A DNA stretch of 62,537 bases, counting the filler, from Choristocarpus tenellus KU-1152 (Eukaryota; Protista; Phaeophyceae): the NCBI GenBank assembly GCA_964200185.2. It is 13 parts of 13 records of this genome, joined end to end, with 100 filler letters (N's around TTAATTAATTAA, not from the genome) between each part and the next. Parts side by side here need not be neighbours in the genome. Positions count along the whole stretch, not along the records: positions 9,325 to 12,870 come from CAXNAD020019345.1; positions 12,971 to 18,296 come from CAXNAD020011149.1; positions 18,397 to 23,569 come from CAXNAD020011621.1; positions 23,670 to 28,296 come from CAXNAD020013734.1; 9 more parts are not named here. One strand, 5' to 3'. Position 1 is the stretch's first letter. Every line of letters begins with the position of its first letter. This document shows, piece after piece, positions 12,007-24,321 of this stretch. The translations under genes were made by a program, and so were the position numbers. Below the pieces are notes generated by a model. It was not told where the DNA came from and ran no database searches. It saw only the letters and a program-made list of their open reading frames with translations.

Positions 12007-12870
12007 TGTTTGTAGATAGTGCTTCTGATACACTATAGACACCACTGGTGGATTATGTGATAGGGTAGAGAGCCAGTGACAGATATGTTATATGTACTGA
12101 CTCATAGTGTTGATTGATTATATCATGTTCAAGATACACTTCCTATACTTAAGATAAGTAAATAAGTAATTCATAGTAAATTATTGTGGACGATTACAAA
12201 CCCCACACTATAGAGTAATGATGGTAGTTAAGGCTAGAGTCTCACCCACGAGCTCAGTCAGCGGAATCGAGACCACTATCCCCTTGTAATACTAACATTG
12301 TTCATCTACATCAAGCTGTTCTTTGTCCTTCATTAAAGCACAATAAAATCCGCGGGTCCAGTGTGGGATAGTTCAACACGCTACGTAGCGGACCGAATAT
12401 TCCTGGGACGTTGTGTGAAGCGACAAGACTGGTAGTGAGCATCGTTATTGTGTACAAGACATCTGCCGGCAACCCCATCAGGGTCGCCAACCTCCCCACG
12501 TTCGCTGGGAAGTAGGGAGAGGACTTCGTGACTTTTTCAGTGAGGGCCCAAGCTACCCTTAGAGTATGACTGTGACTTCGGTCTTCATGGCTCCGACATC
12601 ATCTGTAGGGGATCAGTCTGGGCAGTGGACGTGGAGATGAGGTAGAGACTTCCAGCATGGAGCTTTTCAATTTCTTCAAGTGGCGAAGGTAACTGCCATG
12701 CTGTGGTTGTGAGTGCGGGAAGGTGGACTGCTGGTAGAAAGGGTCGAGGAAGGGCTGTGTAGTCTGTTTTATGTGTGGCAAAGATGGCCACACCAAGTAC
12801 GACTGCCCCAACCTCGATCGGGCTACAAGACTGGGGGGAGATGACGGTCAAGGTAGAAGATGCATGAGAT
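12007..12870 (+). mobile_element. LTR retrotransposon 5' end: LTR 12007-12378 plus internally deleted gag with CCHC zinc knuckle
   Basis: TGTT...AACA LTR homologous to 17273-17662; CFMCGKDGHTKYDCP at ~12764-12810. Confidence 0.8.
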
Positions 12871-12970
12871 NNNNNNNNNNNNNNNNNNNNNNNNNNNNNN
12901 NNNNNNNNNNNNNNTTAATTAATTAANNNNNNNNNNNNNNNNNNNNNNNNNNNNNNNNNNNNNNNNNNNN

Positions 12971-14260
12971 CTACTCAGCATCTGATTATTGCCTGTCCTA
13001 TCCCCCCAAGCACAAAGCATACTCAAGGCTGCTGCTAGTGCGCAAAACAGGCAACGACAAAAATTGAGATAAATAAATAAGAAGGGCTAATGAGAGCAAC
13101 AAATAGTAGTAATAAAAAAAAAAGAGAATTAAAAAAAAAAAAAGAAACTGGAAATAAATAGAAAAAAAAAATTAATATGTGGATGAGATTAACAAAGTGG
13201 AAACTGAATAAGAATAAAATAAAATAAAAGGAAGAACAAAAAAAAATAAAAAATAAAAGAAAAATCGGTAAATAAGAAGAGGAACAACTATGGAAAAAAA
13301 AATTAAATTAAAAATCAGGGGATGATGGGATGAGAACTAAAAATAAATAAACATTAGAAAAACAGAAGTGAGATATAATGATATAAAAAACAGAGAATTC
13401 AAGATCACAGGAAGTTAGTACAACATAGAAAAGAGGAAAATAAATAAATAAAAATAAAACGTAGTGAGTTCAGTGTTTAGATTTTCTAAGGACGTCAGCC
13501 CATACAACTGATATATATTACTGTGTGCTCTAATGTGGGCAGCTTCTTCATTTTAACTTCTCCCTGGGACCGAACGAGTCTTACTTATACCTGCACTGTC
13601 AGTTATGGACGCGAAGCAGTCTTGACCATAGGCATGATCAAAGCAAACTCAGTGGGCCTTTAGCTGTATATCGACTTCGTCCTGGGAGACAGATGATGGA
13701 GGTAAGCTTTTGCCTGAATCGTGTGCCGACTTCCATTGCTCGCCTTGTCTGTGGCTAGAGAGCAAGTGGGGATCAAAGCACAGGCTGGGGAATAGATGTG
13801 ACTGGTCGAACGGGTTTTGATACCTTGTTTTTTGGGAATGAACGAGGTACCGTGTTTGCTGGGAACGGAAGAAGGTTCGGTATTTAAGGCTGCACAGACA
13901 GTGGGCGAGGAGTTCTGGGTTAAAACAAGTTGAAGCATCGATGCAAGGGTTGCCAGTACACGGTTGACAATCTCTCCGTATAAAAGTGAAGTTTGGCTTG
14001 ATATCTATTCGTGCATGGAATTCCTGTTGTGGCGATATAGTCCCTGTTTCTGCCTGACGATCAGGGTTTCGGCTGAGGCAGTGGAAGGGTGTGACATGCT
14101 AGCAAACAAGCGCATCTACCATTTACCCAAACCAGTGTAAGTCTTCTCCTTGTACAATGCAGGTTTTGCAGCATTTTGATTGGCTGGGATAAATTGGTCG
14201 CTTTGATTGGATAACTCTTTTTGAAATAATCAATAATCCGATATAGGATTACTCTGCGAA
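12971..14260 (-). mobile_element. Non-autonomous gypsy-derived element, inverted relative to 15500-18296
   Basis: 13746-14225 is the reverse complement of ~15510-16000; 12978-13550 matches 17663-18265 and the 3' region of the gypsy at 59146-59500. Confidence 0.7.
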
Positions 14261-15289
14261 ATTCCTAGTGGGTGAATTTGGTTTCTAATCTGTGAAGTAA
14301 ATATACAATATACAATATATGGAGAATAGAGGGTAATTTGATTTGGGTAGGACTTTGGGCAGGAGAGTTGGGCTCGTTCGTTGGTACAAATCAATGAGTT
14401 GATCTTCACCTATATACAATCCCCCCCCAAAAGAGCTTCATTTATATGAAGCATCCGCAAGTCCACCATATACGCTCGATACTGGAAAACTAGGCTATGT
14501 CTGTAGCCTTCCGCGTCACACCTTTCTCTCTCTTTTAATAATAGTAACACATGACAACCTTTACAACGATTTTCGGCTGGCCATCCGAAAAGGGTGCATT
14601 CTCTCACCGAAATATGGACCCACTCAGTTGCCGTAAGGTAACATCGTCTAAATGGACCTGTAAGAGCTGCCCTTTGATGCGTGGGACATCGATTGCAGAC
14701 GAAGCACCTGAAAGGACCGGTGTGTGTCCTAAGGAAGTCAGACAAGAGTTTTCGAGGAGCTCAATGTGGAAAGGGGTGAAGTTATTGATGCCTGGACGCA
14801 ATGCATAAAAAAATTGAGCCGTCATAACTGCTGCAAGAGTTCTCACAAAGTCTGGCCCTAGGCAGGAACCTCTCCGAATCACTGATCTCCAGCAGAACCT
14901 GTGAAATAAAAGAACAGCATGACACACGAAAAACAGATCGAGAATGTGAGTGTACGAATGGCGAGGAAGAACTACCTAGGCAACGTCTATACCATGGCGG
15001 TCAAAAACCACTCATTTACGACTATAAGTGGTGGATGATGTGGCGGTCAGAGACCACTCGTTAAACAACAACGAAGGATGATGGTTCCCTTGGAGCCACA
15101 GATGCCATCGCACCCACGGAGACGATGAGGCCAACAAGAAGAAAACCCCATAGACGCCGAATGAAGACCACAAACCCAAGTGGGAAAAAAAATAATCCAG
15201 GCGGACGTAGTAAGCTACAAAGAATCCTAAGTGTTAAGGTAAATACGGAGTGCTCTCTCCAGTTTGAAGAGAGGCGGTAGGATCTCCAT

Positions 15290-18200
15290 GTTACGGGGTG
15301 GAGGTCCTACCGAGACTTCCACCCTGTAACACTCTCCTCTCTCTTACCCAGGCAATCCTTAACTATTCGTTCCCTTTCTGCTTACTTCTTATTCCTCTCT
15401 CTGCCCCTTCCCCTGTCCTGTGCCCCCAACCAACCAGAATCTTTCCGCCCACAAAACTCAGATTACTTCATAAACTCTCCCATTAAAGTAGAATAGATTT
15501 TTGATATCTCATCGAAGAATTATCCAATCGAAGCGACCAATACGCATTTGTCCCAGCCAACCAAAATGCTACAAAAGCTGCATTATAGAAGGACAAGAAT
15601 CATACTTATTTGGGTAGGCTGACAGATGTGCATGCTATCTTTGTTAGCATGTCACACCCTTTCGCTGCCTCAGTCGAAACCCTGATCGTCAGGCAGAAAC
15701 TGGGACTATCTCGCCAGAACAGGACGTCCATGCACGATGAGGTATCAAGCCAAACTTCACTAAACACACCAAGAGGTTATCAACAGTGTACTGTCAACCC
15801 TCGCGCTGACCCTTCAACCCGTTTTAATCCAGAGCTCCTCGCCCGCTGTCTGTGCTGTCTTAAACAAACAACCTCCTTCGGTTCCTACGAAAAACGGACC
15901 TCGTTTATTCCAAAAAGCAATGCATCAAAACCCGTTCGACCAGTCACATCCGTTCCCCAGCCTGTGCTCCGATCCCCACTTGTGTTAGCCACAGACAGGG
16001 CGAGCGATAGAAGTCGACAACGTTCGGACAAAGACCTACCTCATCGCCGGTTCAACTGTAGAGTCGTGTACGATGGTAGCATTAACAGTTACACATCTCC
16101 AATACCTAGCAGCGATGCAAGATTCGAAACTCACTCCACTATTCGGAAGCTGCAGAGTCGTCTTGAAGCTCTGCCCCGGAGTCTGAAACTCCAGGGATCC
16201 CTGTCTTACCAACTATGGACAGTAAGACTCCCATTCCTACCTGGATAATATTCGCCAAGACACCTGTCCATTGTACTAGTCAAGTATCGATATTTGCTTT
16301 GGTAGGGAATCCTCGCAAAGTCCACTCGAGAATGCCTGTCCAGGTACTCCTTGACACAGGCCCAAGAGGGGGGGGAATTCCGTCCCGTCTGTTTTTTGGC
16401 GCAGCAGTGCTCTTTTGGGGGTGGGAACAACTTATCACATCTCAACATAGCAGGCGAAGGTACCATACATGCAGGAAACCCCAGAGGGTGCAATATTCCA
16501 CTAATGCAGGTATTGGGGTGATGATGCAAACTTCCAATAGCGTTTCCCCAGAGAATAAAGTGCGCAATGTGGCATTTAGGATAGTGGTGGGGCTGCCTTA
16601 CGAATTTTTTTTAGGAACAATTTTTTGTAGACAACACCAGAGCATACTTTCATTTAGAGAAGATCAAGGCTTCCAACCATCCCCACAATCACCATGGGGG
16701 CCTTCTGTCAGGATTCCAACACCCAGGTCGAGCAGTAGCAGTGTACCCTCGTAAGACCTTAGCAAATGCCATTGTAGTGCAAAGTGAAGTTCTAGATGGA
16801 TCGTTGTCAGACTTGATAACAAAAGCGGAAGCAATGGACAGCTTTACCTTACTGCAGTTGGATGTTTATGATGCCTTCTAGGACCTTTACAACCCTAATA
16901 CAAGACCACGCCCAACTAATGTTCCCACCCAAGAACAACTCTTGCCTCTATCGAATGTGTTACGTCCCTTCCCTATTGTTACTAGTATCAAACGTTGTGC
17001 AAGGATGAAAGAGGAAGAGACAAATAGTACACATGGTTCAGTTTTTGACTTCAAGTCAGCTACTGGAGTGTATGGTTGGAGGATGGAGGTAAGGAGGAAT
17101 TTAACAGGAAAGAGATGAGTGACTCCTCCAGGAGACCTCCAAGCAGGTAACAACTGTATACCCGAAAGACAAGGTCAGGACTAGCTGGTGCATGCCAGAA
17201 CAAGGGAATAAGGCACTGATAGTCATAGTCACTGAAAGGAATGTAGGAAAACAGAAATCGGAACCAAGAAGCTGTTCGTTGATAGTGCTGCTGAGACACG
17301 TAGACACCACCTGTGGATTAGATAATAGGATGGAGAGTCAGTGACAGATATACTATATGTAGTGACTCATAGTATTGGTTTTTATATCATATTCAAGATA
17401 CACTTTCTATACTTCAGACAAGTAAATAAGTAATTCATAGTAAATTAGTCTGGATGATTACAAACCCCACACTATGGATTAATAATAATATGGTAGTTTA
17501 GGCTAGTCTAATCCACATGCTCAGTCAGTGGAATCGAGACCACAAAGGCCCTTGTAATACTAACATTGTTCATCTACATCAAGCTGTTCTTTGTCCTTCT
17601 TTAAAAGCACCCTTCTTTTTAGCACCATAAAAGCCGCGGGTCCAGTGCGGGATAGTTCAACAGAAGCCGCCCACATCAAAGCATACAGTGATCTGCATGT
17701 GTTGCATATCCTGTAGTCTTCTGAAAAAAAAATGTGATCAATACGCTACATTTTTTTTCTTTTTCTATATTTTCTATTTTGTAACTGCTTTGTGTGATAT
17801 TGAGTTTTCTATTTTTTATCTTGTTTGCAAGAATATCTCACAGTTCTGTTCTTTTTATATTTATTTATTTATTTTCTTGGATCTGATTCCACCATTCTTT
17901 TTTATTATTATTTGGTCATTATTTTCATGTCATTTCTTTTTTACCATCCTTTTAATTTTAATTTTTATTATTTTATGTCGTTTCTTCCGTTTTTGTTAAT
18001 CCCGTTATTCATTGATTTTTTTTTGTTTTTTTGGTTTATTTTTATTTTATTTTGTTTCCTTTTTTGTTGCTCTCATTATCCACCACATTTTTTTCTTTCC
18101 TTTCCGTTTATTTCTCTTTTTATTTTATTTTTATTTTTGTTTTTGTTGCTCTCGTTGGCCCTTCTTTATTTATTTCAATTTTTTTTGTCATTGCGTGTTT

Positions 18201-18296
18201 TACGCACCAGCAGCCTTGAGTATGCTCTGTGGTTGGAGGGCATAGGACAGGCAATCATCAGATAACAGAGGATTTTCAAAATTAGGGATGGAGCGG
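15290..18296 (+). mobile_element. Internally deleted Ty3/gypsy derivative with aspartic protease relic
   Basis: VQVLLDTG...FRIVVGLPYEFFLGTIFCRQHQSILSF (16330-16660); T-rich tract and conserved motif as upstream of the PPT in the gypsy at 59051-62508; 5' segment 15360-15470 also found inverted at 27830-27940. Confidence 0.7.
17273..17662 (+). mobile_element. Solo LTR with 5-bp TSD GAAGC
   Basis: GAAGC|TGTTCG...GTTCAACA|GAAGC; homologous to 12007-12378. Confidence 0.9.
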
Positions 18297-18520
18297 NNNN
18301 NNNNNNNNNNNNNNNNNNNNNNNNNNNNNNNNNNNNNNNNTTAATTAATTAANNNNNNNNNNNNNNNNNNNNNNNNNNNNNNNNNNNNNNNNNNNNATGA
18401 AGCCCTCAAAGGTTTCAGTTAAAAAAAAAAAACATGAAAAAACTTTGGACAAAATCCCTCCACACCGCAATATACCCTAACCCTAACCCTACATCGTTCA
18501 CTTCCTCCAGTTCCACTCAC

Positions 18521-21500
18521 CTGGACAAACAATTGAAAAAACTGACCCCTCACAGTCTCCAGGGCAACCTGCCTCACCAAACAATGGCCCCATGTTAACC
18601 ACTGCACAAACCGATTGCAAAGATCACCACTCCCCAGCTTACTCCTTGGCCTTGCCCTAACCCTTGCCTCAACTTCTACCTCTTCCAATGTATCCCCCCC
18701 ATCCTCCTCAGCCTCTCCTACACTGCCCTTCCCAGGCAGTCCCTTTGCCACACCCTCCACAGTGACTGACAAGAGGCGGGGCCCCATCCCTGCCCCAAAC
18801 CTGACATACTCACCCTCCCATTGTCCCTCCCCCCTGCTCTTGGGCTCATCTTTAAGCTCCAACTCTTGCCTCCCCCGCCAGAGGGTCAACTCCTCATCGC
18901 CCAGGTCATCCTCACCCCCCTCAAACGACTCCCCATCCTCCTCCTCCTCACTGTCAGTCCACTCCCCCCCTGGGTCCCCCTTTAAGTGCAACAAGTCCAC
19001 CAAACCAAGAAATTCATGCACCCTGATACACTGCAGGGCAACCGACGAGGCTAGCCTCGCCGGTCGTAGCATCAACCTCGCCCTGTCACCACCCCTGCCT
19101 GACGCAGATCCACTGTCATCCCTCTTGATGCTTCTAACATCCTCCACCTTACCTCGCTGTATCTGTACACGACTGGTCACGTTCTTAGTACCGGCTCTCA
19201 CAACACCTATTGAACTGTCCCCTCCAGCCTTGCTGCTTCCCTTGCTGCTGCCTACAAGCGCATTGCTTCCAACACTGCTACCATCGCTTCTGCCACCAGC
19301 ACCGCCACCAGTACGCTCAATTCCCCTCCTGTCACCGACTTCCCCTCCCCCACTGCTTTTCTTGTCTATGCGTGGGCTACGAGGCGGAAGCCCCGAACTA
19401 GGCCCATGAGGTGGCATGTTCTGGAGGGAGGGATCTAGGTCTCCTGTGTCATTTTGCCCTCGAGGGTTTCCTGCTGGATTATTTAACACCTTCACTACAG
19501 GACCAGTTTCAGAAGCATCATCCTCAAATGTGTAGGACAGAGTGAGAGGCTGAGCCCCTAGGAGAGTATCCCACATATGCCCTGCCTTTCCTTGCACAAG
19601 CATTAAACATCCATGAAGTTGTGTGTACAATATGTGTCAGTTGTTAACAGGGCAAAGGGGACAAGGGGGCGATGGGTAGGCTCTTGGGACTGCAAGAGTC
19701 AGCATACTGTTCAAAAATACATAAGAGTCACACTAAAACAAAAAAATATTCTTCAACCACCAATGGGAACATGCACAGCACTCCTCTAGCCCGTGCAACT
19801 AGCTTCAGATTGTACACTGAACTCATGCCAGTTTCTAGGTGGATTATGTATATTGTTAGGAGTGAGTGGGTTGGGGGGTCGAGTGGAGGGGAGGGATGGA
19901 CATATCAATAGCATGGTTGGTAAAAACACAGATTGACGTGTCTGGGCAGTGTGCTGTGGAGTATTTTCAACACCAGTGTTGTATTGAGCGACATTTCTCA
20001 AGAATGCGAACTTCAACCGATCACCAAAGAGTCAATCCGGACATTAAGCTAGTTTTGCGTCGATTTTCTTGAGGACTAAATCAGGGGAGGGGGGATGACA
20101 TACCCTAGTGCCTATTGCAACATTTCAATAGGGCAATAGAGGTACCAACATGCTGTACATACATACAATACAATACATTACAAAAGTGAAATAAACATCG
20201 ACAGTTAAACTACAAACATGGGGCAATCAACAGCAAGGGCCACTGAGTGCTCATACATTTTCATAAAAAAAAAAACCTGAAATACCGTCAAGACTATCCC
20301 TAACCCTAACTCTAGAATATTTTGAGTGTCCTCACCTGGCGTCTCCCTATGCCAACATCAGCCAGCTGCAGAACTTCAATGAATTGTTCCTCCCTTACCC
20401 CCGACAGGCCCTCTTCATCCATGACATAGTATGCCGCTAGAAGAGCCTTTCTCGCCTGCCAGGCATTGGGAAACAGTTATACTTTTCAATTTTGTCCTGT
20501 GGTGACAAGGACTATAGACAACAAAAAAGCAACCACACTGTTTCCAGTGCAGGCATAAACACACGAGTTTGCAAATATACTCTGAATGCCACAACGCCTA
20601 TACATACGCTAAAAAAACATACACACCACGAAGTATACAATTAATTAGTGGAAAATGAACTGGAAGAAGGCAGAATGCAAAATGGTGGTGGAAAACTTAC
20701 AACCATATCAATAAAAAAAACGGAACTGCATAACTGAATGGAGATTGAAAGAACAAAATGCCTTTGCAAGTTGTGCTGATACATATTTTTTATCAGCAAT
20801 AAAAAAAAACTAATACAATTTTTTTCACGTAACTAATACAACACATGTTGCCAAACTGACTTGAAGTTCTTGAAACAAATGCAAATTACAAAAAATACAA
20901 AAACCTGTTGAAGATACCAACTGAAAACCTGACCCTAACCCTGAGGAACAGTGAATCGCACAAACGGAATAAAAAAAAATTAACTTCATTAATCGGTATG
21001 TGTCTGGGGACAGGGAGGGGGGAGAGACAGAGCATAAAGGCCTTCAAGATCACAACTCTTCATTTTTCTTCTCCTGTTAATAGTGCCTTGGTGTTGTACC
21101 TCAAAACCCCCTATAGTGGATATTACACACTTAGTGTGTAATATCCACCAAAAATATGTTAATACCTATTGTGGTCATCTTACTCCAAGATTGAGGGAAT
21201 AAGTGAGTTTACGTTCAAATGATCCCTGTTGGTTCAACTTGAAGGATGGACTACAATACACCATTGGTCTCAACTTGAAAGAACGACTACAATACACCAT
21301 TAGTGTCAAGTTACTTACCATACTACATCCCTACTGACAAAAAACAATTCACTACAATTTGACAATCAGAACCTACATCCACAACACGCACCAACTTCAA
21401 CTTCAACTTCAACCATGACATAACAAGACCCCTTTCACTCTAAACAATCTATTGCTACTTCCCGGGAAAAACATGAAACTAACCTTCACTAAAGCAGATC

Positions 21501-22086
21501 AAACACGCTTTCCAACAATCAAAGAAACCCCGAGCAAGATTCAAGAGAGAAAAGAAAAGAAAAATGGCACGAGAAGTAAATCCTTTCCACCAATGCAACA
21601 AATAAAAGAATCTAACCCGCGGGCGGGGCTGCTGACAATTCCAGGAAAATTCTGGGATATTTCCTCCGAGCGAGTGAGAAATTGGAGGTGGGCAAGGAGC
21701 GGCACAACGCTGTATATTTACCCCTTACGATATAATGTCGACTGTTACTTCTTTAGGGATTATTCTGACATACGAATAATTTTCATTGGTTTTTCCCCCG
21801 ACACACCTGCAAAATTTCAGAGGGCATAATAATAATAATAATATTACAATAAAATACAAAGAGAACTCTGCGTTTACTTACTGCCAACAGTTTCATTCTT
21901 GGCCATACGCACCGGCAACAAAACCAAAAACCCCTAACCCTAAATCTCTACATTTTAAAGGTACATCAAGAACCGTTTGACGATTACGTTCACACCCCTC
22001 GAACCTTCTCCCTAACCTTAAACATATTATTATTATTATCATCATTGCGTTATTACTACCTTAACACGAGCAACACCAAAAAGGTA

Positions 22087-22128
<42 letters not shown>

Positions 22129-23422
22129 GCGGTCGGGAACACATCACATCGTTGTCACACTTCAATAAAAAAAAAGGAGTTACATAATAAGGTGGAGAGC
22201 GCACTGTACCTTTATTCTTGACAACTGTTGTTGTAGTACATGCTGAGCCTCGTATGCATCCAGAACTATTCCCAGTACCAGTGGCAGTATAAAGACCAGG
22301 AATATTATCAGAAAAGATAAGAAGAAAGGGAACGCCACCTGAAAAAATAAAAAAAGAGGAAAATCACTTCTGGGTCCACGTTTTTTCACATTGAAATATG
22401 TAAAATAAAATCCACAAATCAATTAATAGCACTCCTGAGAAATACACTTCGTAGTCTGGTCCACTCAGTTGCTCAAGTACCCAGCAATTGGTGTAAAGGA
22501 AGTTTTCATCTTTACTTGCCCGTAAAAAGGGTGAGGGGTACCTTTTTCTGAAGTGTACCTTAAATCGTCATACTAAAAAAACCCCAACCCCTAAAAAGAA
22601 AAAAAAATCTGTGTGAGGGTTCGTTTTCTAAGTGAAGGTCATAGAAAGGAGAAAAGAGAGTCAGATTTCCCAGGAAGACATCCTCAGGTGGGACTAACCA
22701 TACAAACAATGGGCTGTCAGCTGCGTACCTGGGAAGATATCTGAGAAGATAGATAAAGATATAACTTAACATTTCAATGGTGAGAAGACCAAATAAGGGA
22801 CCAACTGATCATAAAATCATCATCCCCAAGTGGTAAGGACAGAGTCTGATCCACCGGTTAGAGAGCATATAAACTTTCAATTCATACTAGAAATAGTAGT
22901 CTATATTACCAATCAATGAACATATCAATCAATCAGAACAAACAGAATACACTTACATACTTCTCAAAACAGACCCTATTCTCACAGCCCTGACGAGCAC
23001 CCCATCACAGACCTGTTACATTCAACCAATATACTACCACTATACTAACATTATACTACAACTACGGGACTGCTACCTACACCTACATAAGTAAATACTT
23101 CCAGCATACTGCTAGAAACCAGGACAAATTATCAGACAAACGACTTAGCAATTTTGAGGATAGGGTTACAGAAATATACTACCACTGTAACAGAAATATA
23201 CTATCACTGTAACAGAAATATACTACCACTGTAACAGAAATATACTATCACTGTAACAGAAATATACTATCACTGTAACAGTGTACTCCTCACCGCTGGC
23301 CTCTGCGAAAAAGAAGGATCCGCCACCATGGGAAAATTCTCCTCAGTGATAAGCACAAACAAGGAGAGCAGGGCTGCGCCATACGTATCGAAGTTATCAC
23401 TGTCAGCCTCATACCCATCCAC
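18521..23422 (-). CDS. Two-pore channel (TPC)-like cation channel, internal part (pore I, S6, EF-hand-like linker, start of domain II)
   Basis: Phase-0 exons 23422-23294, 22338-22210, 20455-20336 and 19585-18521 with GT donors and AG acceptors splice to ...NFDTYGAALLSLFVLITEENFPMVADP...FFLSFLIIFLVFILPLVLGIVLDAY...SRIKARKALLAAYYVMDEEG...EFLGLVDLLHLK...VRGQFFQLFVQ; both ends lost at gaps. Confidence 0.8.
21232..21310. repeat. 36-bp tandem duplication in intron
   Basis: TCAACTTGAA.GA..GACTACAATACACCATT x2. Confidence 0.7.
21615..21843 (+). mobile_element. RLE non-LTR 3' UTR with (AAT)n tail, in channel intron
   Basis: TTTCCCCCGACACACCTGCAAAATTTCAGAGGGCATAATAATAATAAT; shorter copies at 6265-6325, 31985-32040 and 33320-33440. 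Confidence 0.7.
23168..23281. repeat. Minisatellite, 22-bp unit x5
   Basis: ACAGAAATATACTA(C/T)CACTGTA, contiguous with no spacers. Confidence 0.9.
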
Positions 23423-23462
23423 CTTAACACAAACACACATATATAGAGAGATTATACATAAA

Positions 23463-23499
<37 letters not shown>

Positions 23500-24321
23500 A
23501 CCCTAACCCTAAGAGTTGAAATGTCATGAAATTGCGTAGGAGACGGACAATAAGAGGACACAAGGAGGGNNNNNNNNNNNNNNNNNNNNNNNNNNNNNNN
23601 NNNNNNNNNNNNNTTAATTAATTAANNNNNNNNNNNNNNNNNNNNNNNNNNNNNNNNNNNNNNNNNNNNACGGACGCCCCCCCACAAACCACCCACCCTC
23701 CCCCCCCCCCCAGATACTTTTACCCATCAAATTCAATTGTTGAGCTTTGTGAAGGAAATTTGAGAGTGTAAAAGAAAGTCAAGGTGTGCTAAGAATGTCC
23801 CTTACCTGTTTCAAGTCACACTACAATGAAATGTGGACAAGTAGAATGTATAATATTGAAAACATTTTTGTTTGTAATATTACATTTTTTTGTTCGTACT
23901 ATTGTTGCTATCATTAGCATTGTTGTTGGAATCATTGTTACCTGTTTGGTTTGGACTTGTACAACCCCCATTTCCTAATTACTCTCCCTTGTCAAGAATA
24001 TGCTTCTTATTCATGTGTATTAGGAGATTGTGTAAGAAACAGTCTAAGGATGGGGGAGATCATGTTGTTACTATGAAGAGTAGGAGATAGGTTTTGGTAG
24101 GAAGTAGAATATGGAGGTGTTAATGAATAGGAAGTATTATAGTAAGGAATATATACTGAGTTGTTACTGATCGATAGAATTTGATTAATTTGGTTGGAAG
24201 TCCTTGTTCTTTTGGTTTGAGCCCCACTCCTCTTTTCTCCTTTCTTACAACCTGTTCAACCTATGTAGGAATTATTGCAGTCTTTCCATACACATTTTTT
24301 AAAAACATCAGGTTCTTTAAC

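Noticed and set aside
14291-14430. Possible ~128-bp LTR after a G-rich PPT (minus strand), followed by GATTAGAA as a half-tRNA PBS
   Set aside because: No second copy or TSD in the window and only an 8-nt match; too weak to call.
15289-15331. 43-bp TG...CA hairpin as a terminator or mini-element
   Set aside because: Eukaryotic context, no U-tract and no TSD; probably part of the adjacent retroelement.
17688-18265. Phe/Ile/Leu-rich ORFs as membrane proteins
   Set aside because: They are translations of the T-rich low-complexity tract of the retroelement 3' region.
18615-19409. 264-aa Ser/Pro-rich plus-strand ORF
   Set aside because: Antisense shadow of the Gly-rich channel exon, whose minus frame has splice sites and channel motifs.
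23168-23281. Regular 22-bp repeats as a CRISPR array
   Set aside because: Units are contiguous with no unique spacers, lie in a eukaryotic intron, and no cas genes are present.
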